A stretch of 64,000 bases of DNA from the human T2T-CHM13v2.0 reference genome, Homo sapiens. This document shows positions 12,130-32,100 of the stretch, one piece after another. A model generated the notes under the pieces. The model was given only the letters and a program-made list of their open reading frames with translations, was not told the origin of the DNA and searched no databases. Within the stretch, counting starts at the first letter, position 1. Each line of letters opens with the position of its first letter. Where the stretch lies: assembly GCF_009914755.1 (NCBI RefSeq), contig NC_060928.1; one strand, 5' to 3'. Made by a program: the position numbers and the translations under genes.

Positions 12130-14740
12130 CTGTTTTTAAACTTTGCTATTTTTAAATAAAACACGAAATCAGAAAACCAATGCACAGTTTAATTAATTCT
12201 TATACGGCAAACGCCCTTACCATCCATATCAGGAGACTAGAACTTGGCACCTCTGACATCGTCCACCTGTCTGCTTCCAAACACAACCCTCTCTTGACCC
12301 CTCCCCAAAAAGTATCTACTCTTCTGAACTTTCATAGCAGTCACTTCCTTTTTTGTATAGTTTTATCATCCAAGTTTTGAAACTAGTTTTGCCTTTTTGA
12401 TATGTCTTTTTAAGTTTCTCTTACTTTATCGTTTTCTTCCATTTCTTTTCTCTCTCTCTCTCTCTCATTGTTTGTTTCTTAGAAGAAACCACCAGATCAT
12501 TTGTTCTGCAGAGGTTCTTACAGGCTGAACTTTGCTGATTACTTTTTCATGGCTTTGTTTAGCAAGTTCCCTTGTATTTTCTATAAAGTGATAGTTGGAT
12601 CTAGACAATTAATTGAATTGTTTTGCTATTTTTTGCAAAACTATTTTTTTTTTTGCATAGGTAGTAGTGCTTCTTTATCCAAAGGTGCATAAAGTGGGGT
12701 TTCCTCTTTTCATGATGTTAGCAGTCATTGATGTGTAATGCCTAGATTCATAATTCATTAGTTATTACAGAATTGGGAATTTTAATTCCCGTGTTCCTTT
12801 TTTTATTTGTCAAAATACTGTATAAAGAGAATTTTTTCCTTATTTGGTCACCCAGTGGTAGTTTCTTTAGGAAATTCAGACCAAATATTTGTTCTTTCCC
12901 TTTATTTACTAGTTTACAAAATTAAAAAATGGCAACGTGGCACCTTCCAAAGGTGGCCAGTTTTAAAAAATGTTTTTCATTATGAAATTACAGATTTAAA
13001 CGTATTTTTTAATACATTTCAGGTCATTCTAGATGTTTTTCCAACTTTGCTGGAAGCCTCTACAAGTTGGATTCCAAGTCTTTTTGACACAACTCTAGTA
13101 GTCTTTGATACCGTCTTGCTAACTGGTATGACAAGATTGGCTGGTCTTGTACATTTCTTGCCAGAGACCTGGAGTCAGGCATTTCTCCAAAAAGTCCTGC
13201 TTGCTTTTGGTAGGCAATGGTATTTCAAGACCAAAATCTGTGTGTTTAGCTATACTTATTGCTACTGGGTTGGTCATTGTTTCCAGGTCTTTTTAGTTAC
13301 TAGAGCTAGGAAACGTGTAGGTTTGTGTTTGTATATTTTTTTAATATTAAATGCAGAGCTTGTGGGCAATTATTTAACCTCCTTTAGCATTCTCTCATCC
13401 TGAGAATCTTATTTCTTAGCAACACATAGAATTAGAATATCATAATAATTTGTTTTGTCCCATATTTCACATAAAGTGTTCTTGGAATAACATTAGCGTA
13501 ACATACAATATGTTTACTGAAAACAATTTTTACAACTTTTGGTTATGCTCTCTCTCTCTTTTTTTTTTTTTTTTTTTTAAGTTAAGCTATATCCACATTG
13601 TCAGATACCTGTTACATACTATTTTCTCCTTCACATACCTCATTTAGTTTAGGCTCTCCGTTTAAATACATGTTTGATGCCTAATGCCAGTTTATATGTC
13701 ATTGTCTCATCAGTCATTTTTCTTGTCTGAAGCTTATTCTGTAATAGATTCCTTAAGGAATTATGAGAACAGTATTCATTCTTTCAATTTTTGCATGTTG
13801 ATGATAACTTATCTCTTGTTTTCATACTTGAAAGTAATTGTCTAGATATGAAATCTTTGGCTCACTTTTTCTTTAACTTAAATGTATTACTCCACCTTCT
13901 GCAGGAATAAAGAATTGTTTCTGTTATAATCATTTGGTCTTTTTATCTGGATGTACAATAGATATTTTCTTTTTCTTTATAATAATTTACTAGAATATGT
14001 CTTAGTATTGATCATTCTGAGCTGATTTTCCCAGATTCGGGGTATGTTCTTTCATTATAGAGTAGCAAACTTTGTTTTTCAGAAAAGTTTTATTGAATTA
14101 TAGTTTTTTATATTCTGTTCTCTTGCTTTGGTTTTCTTTTTTGTGGGAACTCCTGTTGTATGCATGTTCGAGGTTCGTTTCTTGTTTCTAATATTTGTTG
14201 CCTTCTCTTGAATTATTTTTTTTCTTCTAAAAGTTTGTTTTCATTGTCTGTTTCTCTTACATTATGTATTGTGTATATTGACTCTTATGTTTCTCCTTAG
14301 TCTTCTTCTTAAAATGATTCATTTTATAGCCAATTCCTTCCTGAGTTCCATCAGCTCATTTCTGAGTGTTTGTCACTCCGATTTATGCTATTCTTTCGTA
14401 TCTTGTAGCAATATTAAAATGTTTTTAAAATGTGAAATAATAGATAATTTCATCTTTGTGTGTATGATTTCTTACCATGATTTCTGGTAAGATTTCACTT
14501 CTTGTAGAAGAGTTACTCTACTCCTTATTTAAATTCTTTTTTTTCTTGTAATAACTTTATGTGTGATTTGGCTTCAGTCCTTTTCTATTGCTCATTTTTC
14601 CATGAAATTGATTTTTCTAAACACTTAGCTTGATTTAAGACTTACTAATTTTATGGTTCTTAGCTCTCTCTCGTATTTGGAAGTGTTCAGAAACATGGCT
14701 GCTTATTTTCTGAGATTTCTTTCCTTTATTCCCTCACTCC
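12130..14740 (-). mobile_element. Ancient L1M (L1MC/ME-like) remnants
   Basis: T-rich degenerate L1-like sequence; weak recognition only. Confidence 0.5.
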
Positions 14741-15086
14741 ACTTTCAAAATTACCCTTTCTTAAAGTGTACTATTTGGTGTTTTTTAGTATATTCACAGA
14801 GGGAGAAACCATTACCACTATCTTATTTTAGAAGATATTTATCACCCCCATAAGAAACCCCATACTTATTAATAGAACTCCTCATTCCTCACTTCTTCCA
14901 GCCCCTGGCACCCACTCATCTACCCTCTCTGTCTCTAGATTTGCCTATGTTGGACATTGGATATAAATGGAATTATACAATATATGATCTTTTGTGACTG
15001 GCTTCTTTTACTTAGCATAATGTTTTCTAAGTTCGTCATTCTGTAGCATGTATCAGTATAGTCATTTGCTGCATAACAGAGTTTCA

Positions 15087-15391
<305 letters not shown>

Positions 15392-16076
15392 CACGACATT
15401 TCAGTCAACAGTGGATTGCGTGTACGATGGTGGCAATTTCTATCACCTAGTAACATCATAGACCTTCCAATAGGATAAGATGTGGAGGTGGAAGATAGTG
15501 ATATTGATGATCCTAACCCTGTATAGGCTTAGGCTTATGTGTGTGTTTCTGTCCGTTTTTAGCAAAAAAAAAAAAAAAAAAAAATTCAGGTGAAATAAAT
15601 AAAAATTTAAAATTAAAAAACACTTGTAGAATAAGGATATAAAGAAAGAAAATATTTTTGGACAGCTGTACAACATGTTTGTGTTACAAGCTATGTGTTA
15701 TTACAAAAGAGTCACGTTTTTAAGTTAAAGCTTATAAACTAAAATAGTTAACAGTAAGCTAAGGTTAATTTATTATTGAAGAAAAATAAATTTAGTGTAG
15801 CTTAAGTGTGTAGTATTTATAAGGTTTGCAGTAGGGTGTACCCTACTGCAGACTTTCACATTCACTTACCACTCACTCAATTTCAGTTCTATAAGCTCCA
15901 TTCATGGAAAGTGCCCTATACAGATGTACCATATTTTGTCTTTTATAACATTTTTACTGTACTTTCTCTATGTTTAGATATGTTTGGATATGCAAATGCC
16001 GTTGTGTTACAATTGCCTACAGTATTCAGTACAGTAGCATGCTGTATTGGTTTGTAGCCTAGGAGCCATAGACTAT

Positions 16077-16372
16077 TTTTAAAAATTTTTTGTGTGTACA
16101 TAGTAGGTGTGTGTATTTATGGAGCACATGAGATATTTTGATACAGGCAAGCAATGTGAAATAATAACATCACAGAGAATCAGGTCCCCATCCCCTCAAG
16201 CATTCATCCTTTGTGTTACAGACAATCCAATTACACTCTTTAAGGTATTTTAGAATATACAATTAAGTTATTGTTGACTATAGTCACCTGGTTGTGCTAT
16301 CACATAGTAGGTCTTTCTCTATTTTTTTTTGGTATCCATTAACCATCTCCACCTCCCCCGACCCTGCCATCA
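16077..16372 (-). mobile_element. L1MA 3'-end fragment nested in Tigger3
   Basis: GTACATAGTAGGTGTGTGTATTTATGG...CCCTCAAGCATTCATCCTTTGTGTTACA, L1MA 3'UTR motifs. Confidence 0.75.
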
Positions 16373-16635
16373 GCTATTCCATATAGCCTAGGTGTGTAGT
16401 AGCTTAAATCACTTAGGTTTGCATAAGTACACTCAGATGTTCCTACACGGACAAACTTGCCTAATGATTCATTTCTCAGAACATATCCCCATCGTTAAGT
16501 GACACATAACTGTACTTTGTTCCTTTTTATTGCCAAATATTCCATTGCGTGGATGCACCACATTTTGTTTATCCATTCATCACTTGGTGGATACTTGAGT
16601 TGTTTCCACTTTTTGCCTATTGTGAATAATCCTGT

Positions 16636-16994
<359 letters not shown>

Positions 16995-17559
16995 TTATAT
17001 GCTTAGTGTAATTACTGGATCATATGGTAGCTTTATGTTTAACATATTAAGGATCTGCTAAACTGTTTTCCAGAGTGGCTACAACATTTTACAGTGTCAC
17101 CAGCACTGTATGAGGGTTCCAGTTTCTCCATCTCCTCAGTAACACTTGTTGTCTTTTATTTTAGCGATCCTGGTGAAGTGTTGTAAAGTGGAATCTCATT
17201 GTGGTTTTTATTTTGCATGAGTAATGTTGAGCATCTTTTCATGTGCTTATTGGCCATTTGTATATCTTCTTTGGAGAAATGTCTATTCAAATTCTTTGTC
17301 TCTGTTTTTTTAGTTTTTTTTTTTTTTAATTGAGTAGTCACATTCCTTTATATATTCTGGATTCAAGTCCCATATCAGATCCATGATTTGTAAATATTTT
17401 CTCCTACTCAGTGGATTTATTCTTCACTTTCTTTATGGTATCCTTTGAAGCACAAAAGTTCTTAATTTTGATGAAGTATCATTTATCAATTTTTGATCTT
17501 ATGGGTCATGCTCATAGTGTCATAAGAAATCAGTGCCTAACCCTAGTCATTACTCCTGT

Positions 17560-18404
17560 TCCTTCTGCTCTACCCCACCTGCTCTTGCCAGACACGAATC
17601 CGCTGCGCTTTCCCCTTCGGTACTTGGAGCTTTCTGCAGCCCTTCCCTTCCCCAAGTCCGGCTCCGCTTGCAGTATCCTGCCCTCCTCCCCATCTGGCCT
17701 GCAGCACCAGCACCAGGACCATGCTCTTCTATTCCTTTTTCAATCCCTGTGGGCAAGGATGTAAACCTGGAACTCAAGAATGACCTGCTTATCTGTGGAC
17801 CCCTGCATGCTGTGGATCAGTATCTCAACATCAGATTAACTAACATCAGCGTTACAGACCCTGAGAAATACCCTCACATCTTCATTCGGGGCTTAGTGGT
17901 CCAAAATGTGCAGTTGCCAGCAGACAGGGTCGACAAAGTTGCTGCAGAATGCAGCAAGGAAGGAAGCCCTATAGCAGAAACAGTGATGGCTCCTCCTCTT
18001 CCTCCTCCTCTTCCCTTCCCTCTTCCATTGCTGACCCATAACCCCAAGTCCCAGCTTAGGACCCCTGACCGTGAATACTTGAAGCAATTGTGTTTCGTTG
18101 GTGTTTTTTCGTCGTTGTTGTTTTAACTAGTGAGTGTGTGTGTATGTGTGTGTGTGTTTAAGGGATGACTGGATGAGAGGGATAATAGGGAACAGCTCTC
18201 CCTGTTGAGAAGGGGAGGATAAGTAGGCTGGGAAATTTCAAAGCCTTCCTAGTCCTCAGCATCTATCTTTCTCACTACTTCCCTAGAGATGGTGGGAGAG
18301 TTTCCTAGGTCTTTCCAGGGCAGCATGTGATTCGTTTTGGGGATGGAAGAAATCTGTACCACATCAGGAATAAAATTCACGATGCAAAAAACAAACAAAC
18401 AAAC
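17560..18404 (+). pseudogene. Processed pseudogene of LSM2 (U6 snRNA-associated Sm-like protein 2)
   Basis: ATG at 17721 (MLFYSFF...), then VGKDVNLELKNDLLICGPLHAVDQYLNIRLTNISVTDPEKYPH...FIRGLVVQNVQLPAD...; frameshifts and an in-frame deletion; TGA at 17984-86; intronless; AATAAA at 18369-74 and A-rich tail at 18386-18404. Confidence 0.92.
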
Positions 18405-19397
18405 ACTCCTATGTTTTTTTCTAAGAACTTTATGGGTTAGCTCTTACACTTAGGTCTGTGATCCATTTTGAGTTAATTTTTTTAATAGTGTGAAGTGTAG
18501 GGGTCCAACTTCATTCTTTTGTACGTGAATATCCAGTTGTCCTAGCAGCATTTTGAACTCTTCCCTGCTTTTATCTGGACTTCATTTTCCTTTATCTGGA
18601 ATGTCCCTGTTCTGCTCTATTTGGATTATCTTCTGAGTTTTTTTTTTTTCCTTAGCATGAAGTTTTACCTGGAAGAGGGATTTGGCTGGTTAATTTTAAG
18701 AATTCATAGCCACTCATGTTCTTCTTAGACCTTACAGTAGACCTCTTGTACTCACTCACTATTGGAGTATGCAGATCCTTCCCAGTTCAGCTTCTGTTCA
18801 GCATTTTTTTGTATGAGTACTTGTTGGTTATTTTGGAATTTTCAGGACATTGAGATATTCCTCTGCTTCCTTCTGCACAGATACTGATAATTCATATGGT
18901 CTTGTAGTTGTCAGTGACTTCTTCCTACCCACTTGTATTTTGGGCCTCATGGAGATACTCCATCACCTGGTTTTATTGTAGCTATTGTAAATGGGTTTTG
19001 GTTTGACCTTCCTAGTTGCTCTGTATGTTTTTATGGAGAGAGTTGAGGAAATTCGTAAATTACACCAATGCCGGTACCATCTTTCAAGAATCCTCATAAT
19101 TATGTTTCTTAATCTTGACATTGACATTTTTTCCGCTTTCCTCACTAGACACTCTAAGGTTAGTTATATGTTAATTTATTAAACTAAAATACAATAAGTT
19201 ATATAGGTATAGATGTACAGCTGTTTATATATACTGTGTACTAAAACTAACGTGTCTCTCAAATCTTGATATCATGTATTTTGATACCTAATCAATTCCC
19301 TAATTTTGGAAATGTGGCTATTTTGTTAAAAACTTCCCCTACCAGGGTGGAGATATCTAATGAATCTTAATAGTTCCTGTAATGTATGTTTGTATAT

Positions 19398-19398
<1 letters not shown>

Positions 19399-19457
<59 letters not shown>

Positions 19458-19478
19458 TCCCTCTCTCTCTCTCTCTCT
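19399..19478. repeat. Compound (CA)n-(CT)n microsatellite
   Basis: Long perfect CA run followed by a CT run. Confidence 0.95.
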
Positions 19479-19985
19479 GTGTCTCAGCTTTGGCACCCAA
19501 AGGGTGGCTAAGGTTTTCAGTTGAATAAACATATTTCTTTCTAAAAAGTTTATTTCTAAAAGTCATTATTGAGGTTGGGGCAATTATCTTGAAGAGGATC
19601 AGTTCCAAAGTTATTTTCTATTTAGAGTAAATTGGAAGATTAAGCTGTAAATGTTTGCTGGTAGCTTATGCATTCATATATATCTTTTTGTATTTATGGA
19701 AGAAAAGGTATTGAAGCCCTATTTTCGGGGCATTTTCTGCATCTTACATTTAATAAATTTTTCTAATAACTAACAATTTTTGTATGCTTACAAAATAATA
19801 GTCGTGTACGTTAATGGAAGAAGAAATCAAAGGTTTCTGTGTCTTTCTCTTTTATGGTTACTTGTCAGCAATTGCCATTTTTATATGCTTTGGAGTCATA
19901 CCTTATAAAACCTGCCTAGGATAGTAACCCCACAAATAAACTTTCTGAGTCTGGTTGAAAATTAAAGTGTTGATAATGACACTTT

Positions 19986-20282
19986 GGCCAGACACGGTGG
20001 CTCACCTATAATCGCAGCATTTTGGAAGACTGAGATGGGCAGATCACTTAAGAGGCCAGGAGGTTGAGACCAGCCAGACCATCATGGCAAAACTCCGTCT
20101 CTACCAAAAAAAAACAAATTATCCAGACCCGGTGACCTGCATCTGTAGTCCCAGCTACTTGGGAGGCTGAGGCACGAGAGTCGCTTGAACCTGTGAGGCA
20201 GACGTTGCAGTGAACCAAGTTTGTGCCACTGTTCTCCATCCTGGGTGATAGAGCGAGACTCTGCCTCAAAAAAAAAAAAAAA
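19986..20282 (+). mobile_element. Alu with TSD TGTTGATAATGACA
   Basis: Full dimer and poly(A); TGTTGATAATGACA on both sides. Confidence 0.95.
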
Positions 20283-20319
20283 TGTTGATAATGACAGTAG
20301 AGATGTTTCTCTTTTGGTT

Positions 20320-20470
20320 CCTGGTAAAGAATACTGATCTGGGAATCTGGAGACCTGGGTTCAGTTCAGTTATAACACGACATCCTGACTTTCCTATTTG
20401 CTCAGTTGACTTCTGTGGTTGTGGTAATTTCCCTTATCCATGAAGTGAGAGGGTTAGAGTACATGGTCAG
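20320..20470 (+). mobile_element. MIR fragment
   Basis: GGAATCTGGAGACCTGGGTTC MIR core-like sequence. Confidence 0.55.
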
Positions 20471-21590
20471 TAATAACTTTTTTTACAAGGATTCTTTAAT
20501 TCTGTAGTGAGAGAATCATATTTAATTCATCTTTTTGTTCTTTAGCAGCCAGAACTTATTTTTAAATACTTGTGTCAGTAAATTGTGATTATCATTGATA
20601 GGGTAGATACCATTGAATAATTGAAATGATATGACAGTATAGTAAGGGATCGTTGACAAGGAGATATTTTTGTCCTTCATTTGTTAATAATGGAATTCAT
20701 ATGTGTTTTAATAAATGATGTTTCCTGTTGGTCATGATGACCAGTGTTTGGCAATGTGTTTATTTTTATTACTATATACTTACTGGGCATTTATAGTTTT
20801 TATAAATTATGCAGCTAAGGGAAGTTGTAGTTTGAAGGAAGACTGCTCTGTGAAGACAACTTGGAATATCTAACTTTTGTATTGCTAGGTACATGTTGGA
20901 TATATTTTTATAAAACATTTTATTTTCAGTGAATATCAAGTTAAAAAGATATGTATAATTTATTCAGTTTTTTCATTTTAGGGTTAAGTGCATGCCTGAA
21001 TTATAGAAACCTTAAGTAGAAAACAAACTTAGCACAATTATTAAATACTTATTAAAAGAAAAAATATTTTAAGATACGAATTCTCTATTACCCATCATCC
21101 TAATTTGGAGATAACTTAGACACCAAGGTTAGGATTCTTAGTCATGTCATTTTTATAAATAGAGTTCTAATTTTTGCTCAGAGCAGATAGATCTCCTTCA
21201 CATTATGCCTGACTCGAGTGTAATTCTTGGTATTCAAAAAGAGTAAAGAGAAATTATAACTTGTCAATATCAATTTGGGTAATACATTTTGGGTAATAAC
21301 TTAATATTTACATTTGAGTTAATTTATAGGGAAAGCCTAGGAGACTGTTCTGAGTGGCATTGTTGAATATCCATCTAGGAAATTCATGTGTAGCAGACTA
21401 AAGGAGGCCTGTTCTTTAGATAAGAAAGCCACAGATAAGAATGCCTTACAATTTGTTTAATATTTTACATTTTACTAACAATTTACACATTTATTACTCG
21501 TTTGCTCTTCACAGCAAACTTATATTGGCTCAGATTTATTAGATTTATATGTAAGTGGTTTTCTTTTCAAGCAATGCAATTGGTGTGGTA

Positions 21591-26620
<5,030 letters not shown>

Positions 26621-27097
26621 TTCATCATGTTGTGCTTTGTGAAGCACAGCAATGGAAGCACTTTTTAAAAATGATTTTTAGTTTCTAAATTTTTAGTTAC
26701 AGTGTCAGTAATATGGGATTTGGACATAGAGCCTCCAGATACTTGATACATGTTTACGTGAATGTTTCTTTTCAGGGGAAATACATTTCAAATTCTAGAC
26801 AACAGTTGGGTAGTCAACCTGTTTTTCACCTCTAGAATGTTTGTTCATATGTGGCCCACATTAGTTGCTACTGTGAGACAGAATCCTGCAGTGCCTTTTC
26901 TCTTCTGGTATTATGGATTCCAAGCTGGCCTATTTAAAATACTGTTGTCAAAGACAGTTGTAATCCTCTAAGTACTTGGTCATTTAGAACTCACAGTTAC
27001 TTTTTTTCTTTTAGTAGCCCAGGAATAGCTTTTATTGTTTGCATTGCTGTGAAGTTTCCTGAATACACATGTACTAGTGCCCAATCATCAGTTGTAA

Positions 27098-27484
<387 letters not shown>

Positions 27485-27884
27485 TAAGTGGCAGATGTTC
27501 TGTTTCAGCATTCTTGAGTGCCTGAAAGTGGATAGACTGGAATGAATTAGCTTCATCCGTATGTTTGATAGTAAACAGAAAGTCATGGTGGATTCCCACC
27601 AGAGTTTTAGTACCATTTGAATAAAACTTTACTACATTGTTTTTAAGAAATCCTCATTTGGGACTTTTACCAGTTTGGTTCAGATTAAATTTGTCCAGTT
27701 GCCTAACGTGATTAAGCATCTCAGAGGACCCCTAGAAAAAAAATTGTTAGAGCCTCTCAATTTGATTGTGATATTCATTCATTTCGAATATAATTATATT
27801 CAATAAAGATGATAAAGGTATATTAGAATATAGAGTGATATTTAAGATAAAACTTCTAGCTACCAAGTCTGAGTATAATCTATA

Positions 27885-28400
<516 letters not shown>

Positions 28401-28519
28401 TGCATCTGTAACCTTTCAAGAATGGGATTACCACCATCAGTAAACTTTGGTGTCAAATATAATTAAACTGGAAATATTTATCACTGTGCTAAATAAGTAA
28501 ATGCTTGCTTTGTTTAATC

Positions 28520-28695
28520 TTCATAATAATATTAAATGAGTAGGTATTCTTATTTCTATTTTTCAAAAGAGGATATTGAAATTTAATGGAATTAAGTAAT
28601 TTGCCTAAGGCCACATAGCTAATAAAACTATGAGTTCCAAGTATGTCTGACTTTGGAGCTCTTTTAATCACTGTCCCATACTGCCTTTCTAGTGA
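28520..28695 (-). mobile_element. MIR
   Basis: ATTAAGTAATTTGCCTAAGGCCACATAGCTAATAA...GTCTGACTTTGGAGCTC. Confidence 0.75.
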
Positions 28696-28985
28696 TGCTG
28701 ACACTGAGCTTCTAATATCACATTCATCATTCTGCCTCTCAAAATAATAAGTAAATGATAAGGTTGGTTATCTGTGTGCTTGGAAAAGGTGAGACCATCT
28801 TTTCCTTTCTTTTATCTAGTAGCTATGTTAACAAAATGGGAAGTCATCTGGTGCCCAGTAAAACTTGGAAGTTGTGAAAATGCAGAGTGTGGGGAGGTTG
28901 TACTAGTACCTGTTTAGAGCTTAGGACTTGGTACGGCCTTCATGGGATCGTGATGCCACCTGAAGAGTAATTAATATATGTGTGA

Positions 28986-29117
<132 letters not shown>

Positions 29118-32100
29118 CCAGCAAAGACAAGAATGCAGAAGTCCACGGCTTCATGGATACCCTTCACCAGGCTAAAAAACAACTTTTATATGCAGACTGT
29201 TCAGATAAGACTCTTGGGATTTATAAAATCCCAGCCCTCTCTGTCTTAATTAGCACAAACCGACAGAGATCATCAAACAGCACTTTAATGACATTTAACA
29301 TCAGATGTGTTTGGTAATCATACAATCACTCTCCATAGAATCACTTTTAGTTTTGTTTAATAGAAACTAGGTTGATTTTTAAAAAATATTTGACAGAGGC
29401 CAATATCTGGGCAAATACCTAATGGATGCCAAAGAGAAATGCCCATTTGTAAATGAGAAAAATGCCCATTTGTGCACAAGAAAATGGTGAATTCAGGCTA
29501 TCCAAAACTTCACATTCAACCTAATTTACTGTATAAATAGTATCAATAAATATTTGTGTTAATGAGAACTAATATTCTGACTAATTATCTAAAGTGTTTC
29601 ACTAGTACACCAGGAAACTACAGATTGAGATTAGGGGGTGGGAGGAAAGAAACCTGGGCTAGAGATTAAAACATTCCTAAATTTAGCAGAATTTCAGAAA
29701 TGATTTTTGCAGATTCATTAGAAAAGAAAAATTGTCATTTAATCTTAAGTTTTGGATGTAGCTCACATGTCACCACCACCAGATAGTGTTACAGCATGTA
29801 TCCATCATGTTGCATTGACACATCAAACTTGTGTGTGTTTGTTTTGATTGCCAAAAGGGCTTAATATCAGTTGTACAATCTTTCTGAACTTTATAGTTCC
29901 TGGCTCAGGAAAGATGGCCTTTGCTATTGAAGCCAACTTCTTCACATGCTGTTATCTTTACAGAACTAAGAGATCTTGTTTCTATTAGCAGGTTTTCATG
30001 ATAGGAAAGAACAAGTAGTGTGTGTCTTTATTCTTGATACAACACCACCTCGGTGCTTGCAACCTGGAACAAAACCATACCATGAGAGAGAGGGGGAAAA
30101 AAATCTATGCACTTAACCTACAAAATCTCTGGTGATGACAGTTGTATTGTTGCTATTACATGGCATAACGGTCTATTATGTGGTAGGAAAATATAGCCTG
30201 CTAAATCCTACTTAAGTTGATCCACTTTAAACTGAGTAACTGTATAAAACATCTATTGAAAATTCTTTTCCTTTTGACTTAGATTCTGCCTTACATCAAT
30301 TTTTGCATTTTTGGTAAAAAAAAAACCCTACTACGTATGACTCTAACCTGATACTTGCTCTCTAATGGCTCTTAATATATCCTTGAAATCGGCTATTTCA
30401 ATTTTATCAGACTTTTACCAGAGTAAAACTTGCTTCTGTAGCAGGCCTCTCATTTTTTATTATGAGGTCTGTTTTTAAATACTTAATTTGAACAGCTCTA
30501 AGATATTGTCACTTAGGTCATCTAAAAGCTTTTAGAGATTTGAACATAAGTTCATTTCCTGTTAATCAAAGACATTCCGTAAGTTGGCAAAAGAAATTGG
30601 GAGAGAGAAATAGAAGGCTTGATATTCTGGACAGCATTAAGGTTGATAGGTTGATGATAAAAACTTAAAACCAGGACCTCCATTCTGTCATGACTGACAC
30701 CATGGTAGTCTGTCAGCTTGACCAGTGGAGAGTCATTCATTTAGCACAAGCAGCTGGAGATTTAAACTGCCAGTACTATGTATTTGGTGTATAATGCAAG
30801 GAAGAAACTTTATCCTTGAATTTGAGGGTGATGGGGTGGGTCAGGAAAGGATGGCGCCAGAATTCTACATGATAATGAACTAAAAAATGTTGCTTTTCAG
30901 AGGAAGATAAAGCATCTTCTTTTGGGAGGGGGGTATCTCATGTCTAAGTAAGTAAAAGAAAGAAGTAGCTACTGTCTCTTTTAAAAACCACGTACAAAAC
31001 AGAACAAGTCTCAGTTTTCAGTGCAACATTTCAAAAAATATATATGCTGCAATCTAATAATTAAAAGGAATTTTACCTATTATGAAACATATTACATTTT
31101 TTAAGTTAGATAATCAGTTTCAAAAGGAGTATTCAGGTTATTTAACTTTGTTTTTAAATGGCTGCATCAGAAAAAAATGTCTATTTTTTTTTATTAAAAT
31201 ATTTCATCACTTGTTAAAACATATTTTTGATCTGAGTTTGGTAAAGTATTATTTTACCTGCTGTTGTACTACCACAGACTGTTGACTTTTAGTTTCTTAA
31301 AGAGAAAAATTGCCTTTTTACTAGAAAGCCTTTGTATATTGCAATTTTTCTGTTTGGGAAAATCTAAGGATTTACTGTGGTTAGTCTTACAGAAGAAATG
31401 TGGATTTGATAAACTAGTGCCTATGATTTTAACTTATGTTTGATATATAGTAGTAAGGGTTTTATGAATGTTGATTATTTTGTGCCAACAGCCCAGAATT
31501 GTCACTTATATGTAAGCAGAAAACAATGAGCTCTGCTTCCAAAGTTATTTAATTTTCTCAGTGTTTGAATGTTATTTTTTGTAAGTGTGTTAATAAAAGT
31601 GTAAAGAATTGGAAAAAATATAAATATTCTTAACTCAAGCATTTGCTGGATCATTTTTCTACAAAACTTGTTTGTACAATATAAAACACTCTCTGAAGAG
31701 TTGACTTTTTTTCAGTTTCGTATCCTGGAAATCACATTTTGTAAAACTGGGGACCATTCATAATTGTCAGATACTTTTTAAAATTATCTCAATACATCAC
31801 TTTTATAAAAAAAAAAAGTTTTTTTGAAAGAAAATTAGATACATATGTGGCCCCAGATGTTTGTATAACTCTAGAATGATCTAGACTATGTATGTTTAAA
31901 TTAACTTTTTATTGAATGTACAGGTGTCCATTTTTGACGTTAAGCATGGTCCTTTAAGGTCACATGACGTTTGATTTGCAAACATTTCTATAGCCGAACT
32001 TGTATATGTGGTTGCCTCCTTAATAAACAGCCTGACCATAATGTTTATTATTAAATTTATATTCTTTAAGTGTTTAATTAATCTCTGGATATGGTAAGAT

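Noticed and set aside
12807-13403. 198-aa hydrophobic ORF
   Set aside because: It lies in T-rich ancient repeat-like intronic DNA, starts at a non-ATG codon, and has no recognisable domain or splice context.
17533-18126. 197-aa ORF as a functional LSM2-like retrogene
   Set aside because: The true ATG (17721) is frameshifted after about 8 codons, part of the Sm fold is deleted and the C-terminus is out of frame; the ORF starts at a non-ATG codon in L1 sequence.
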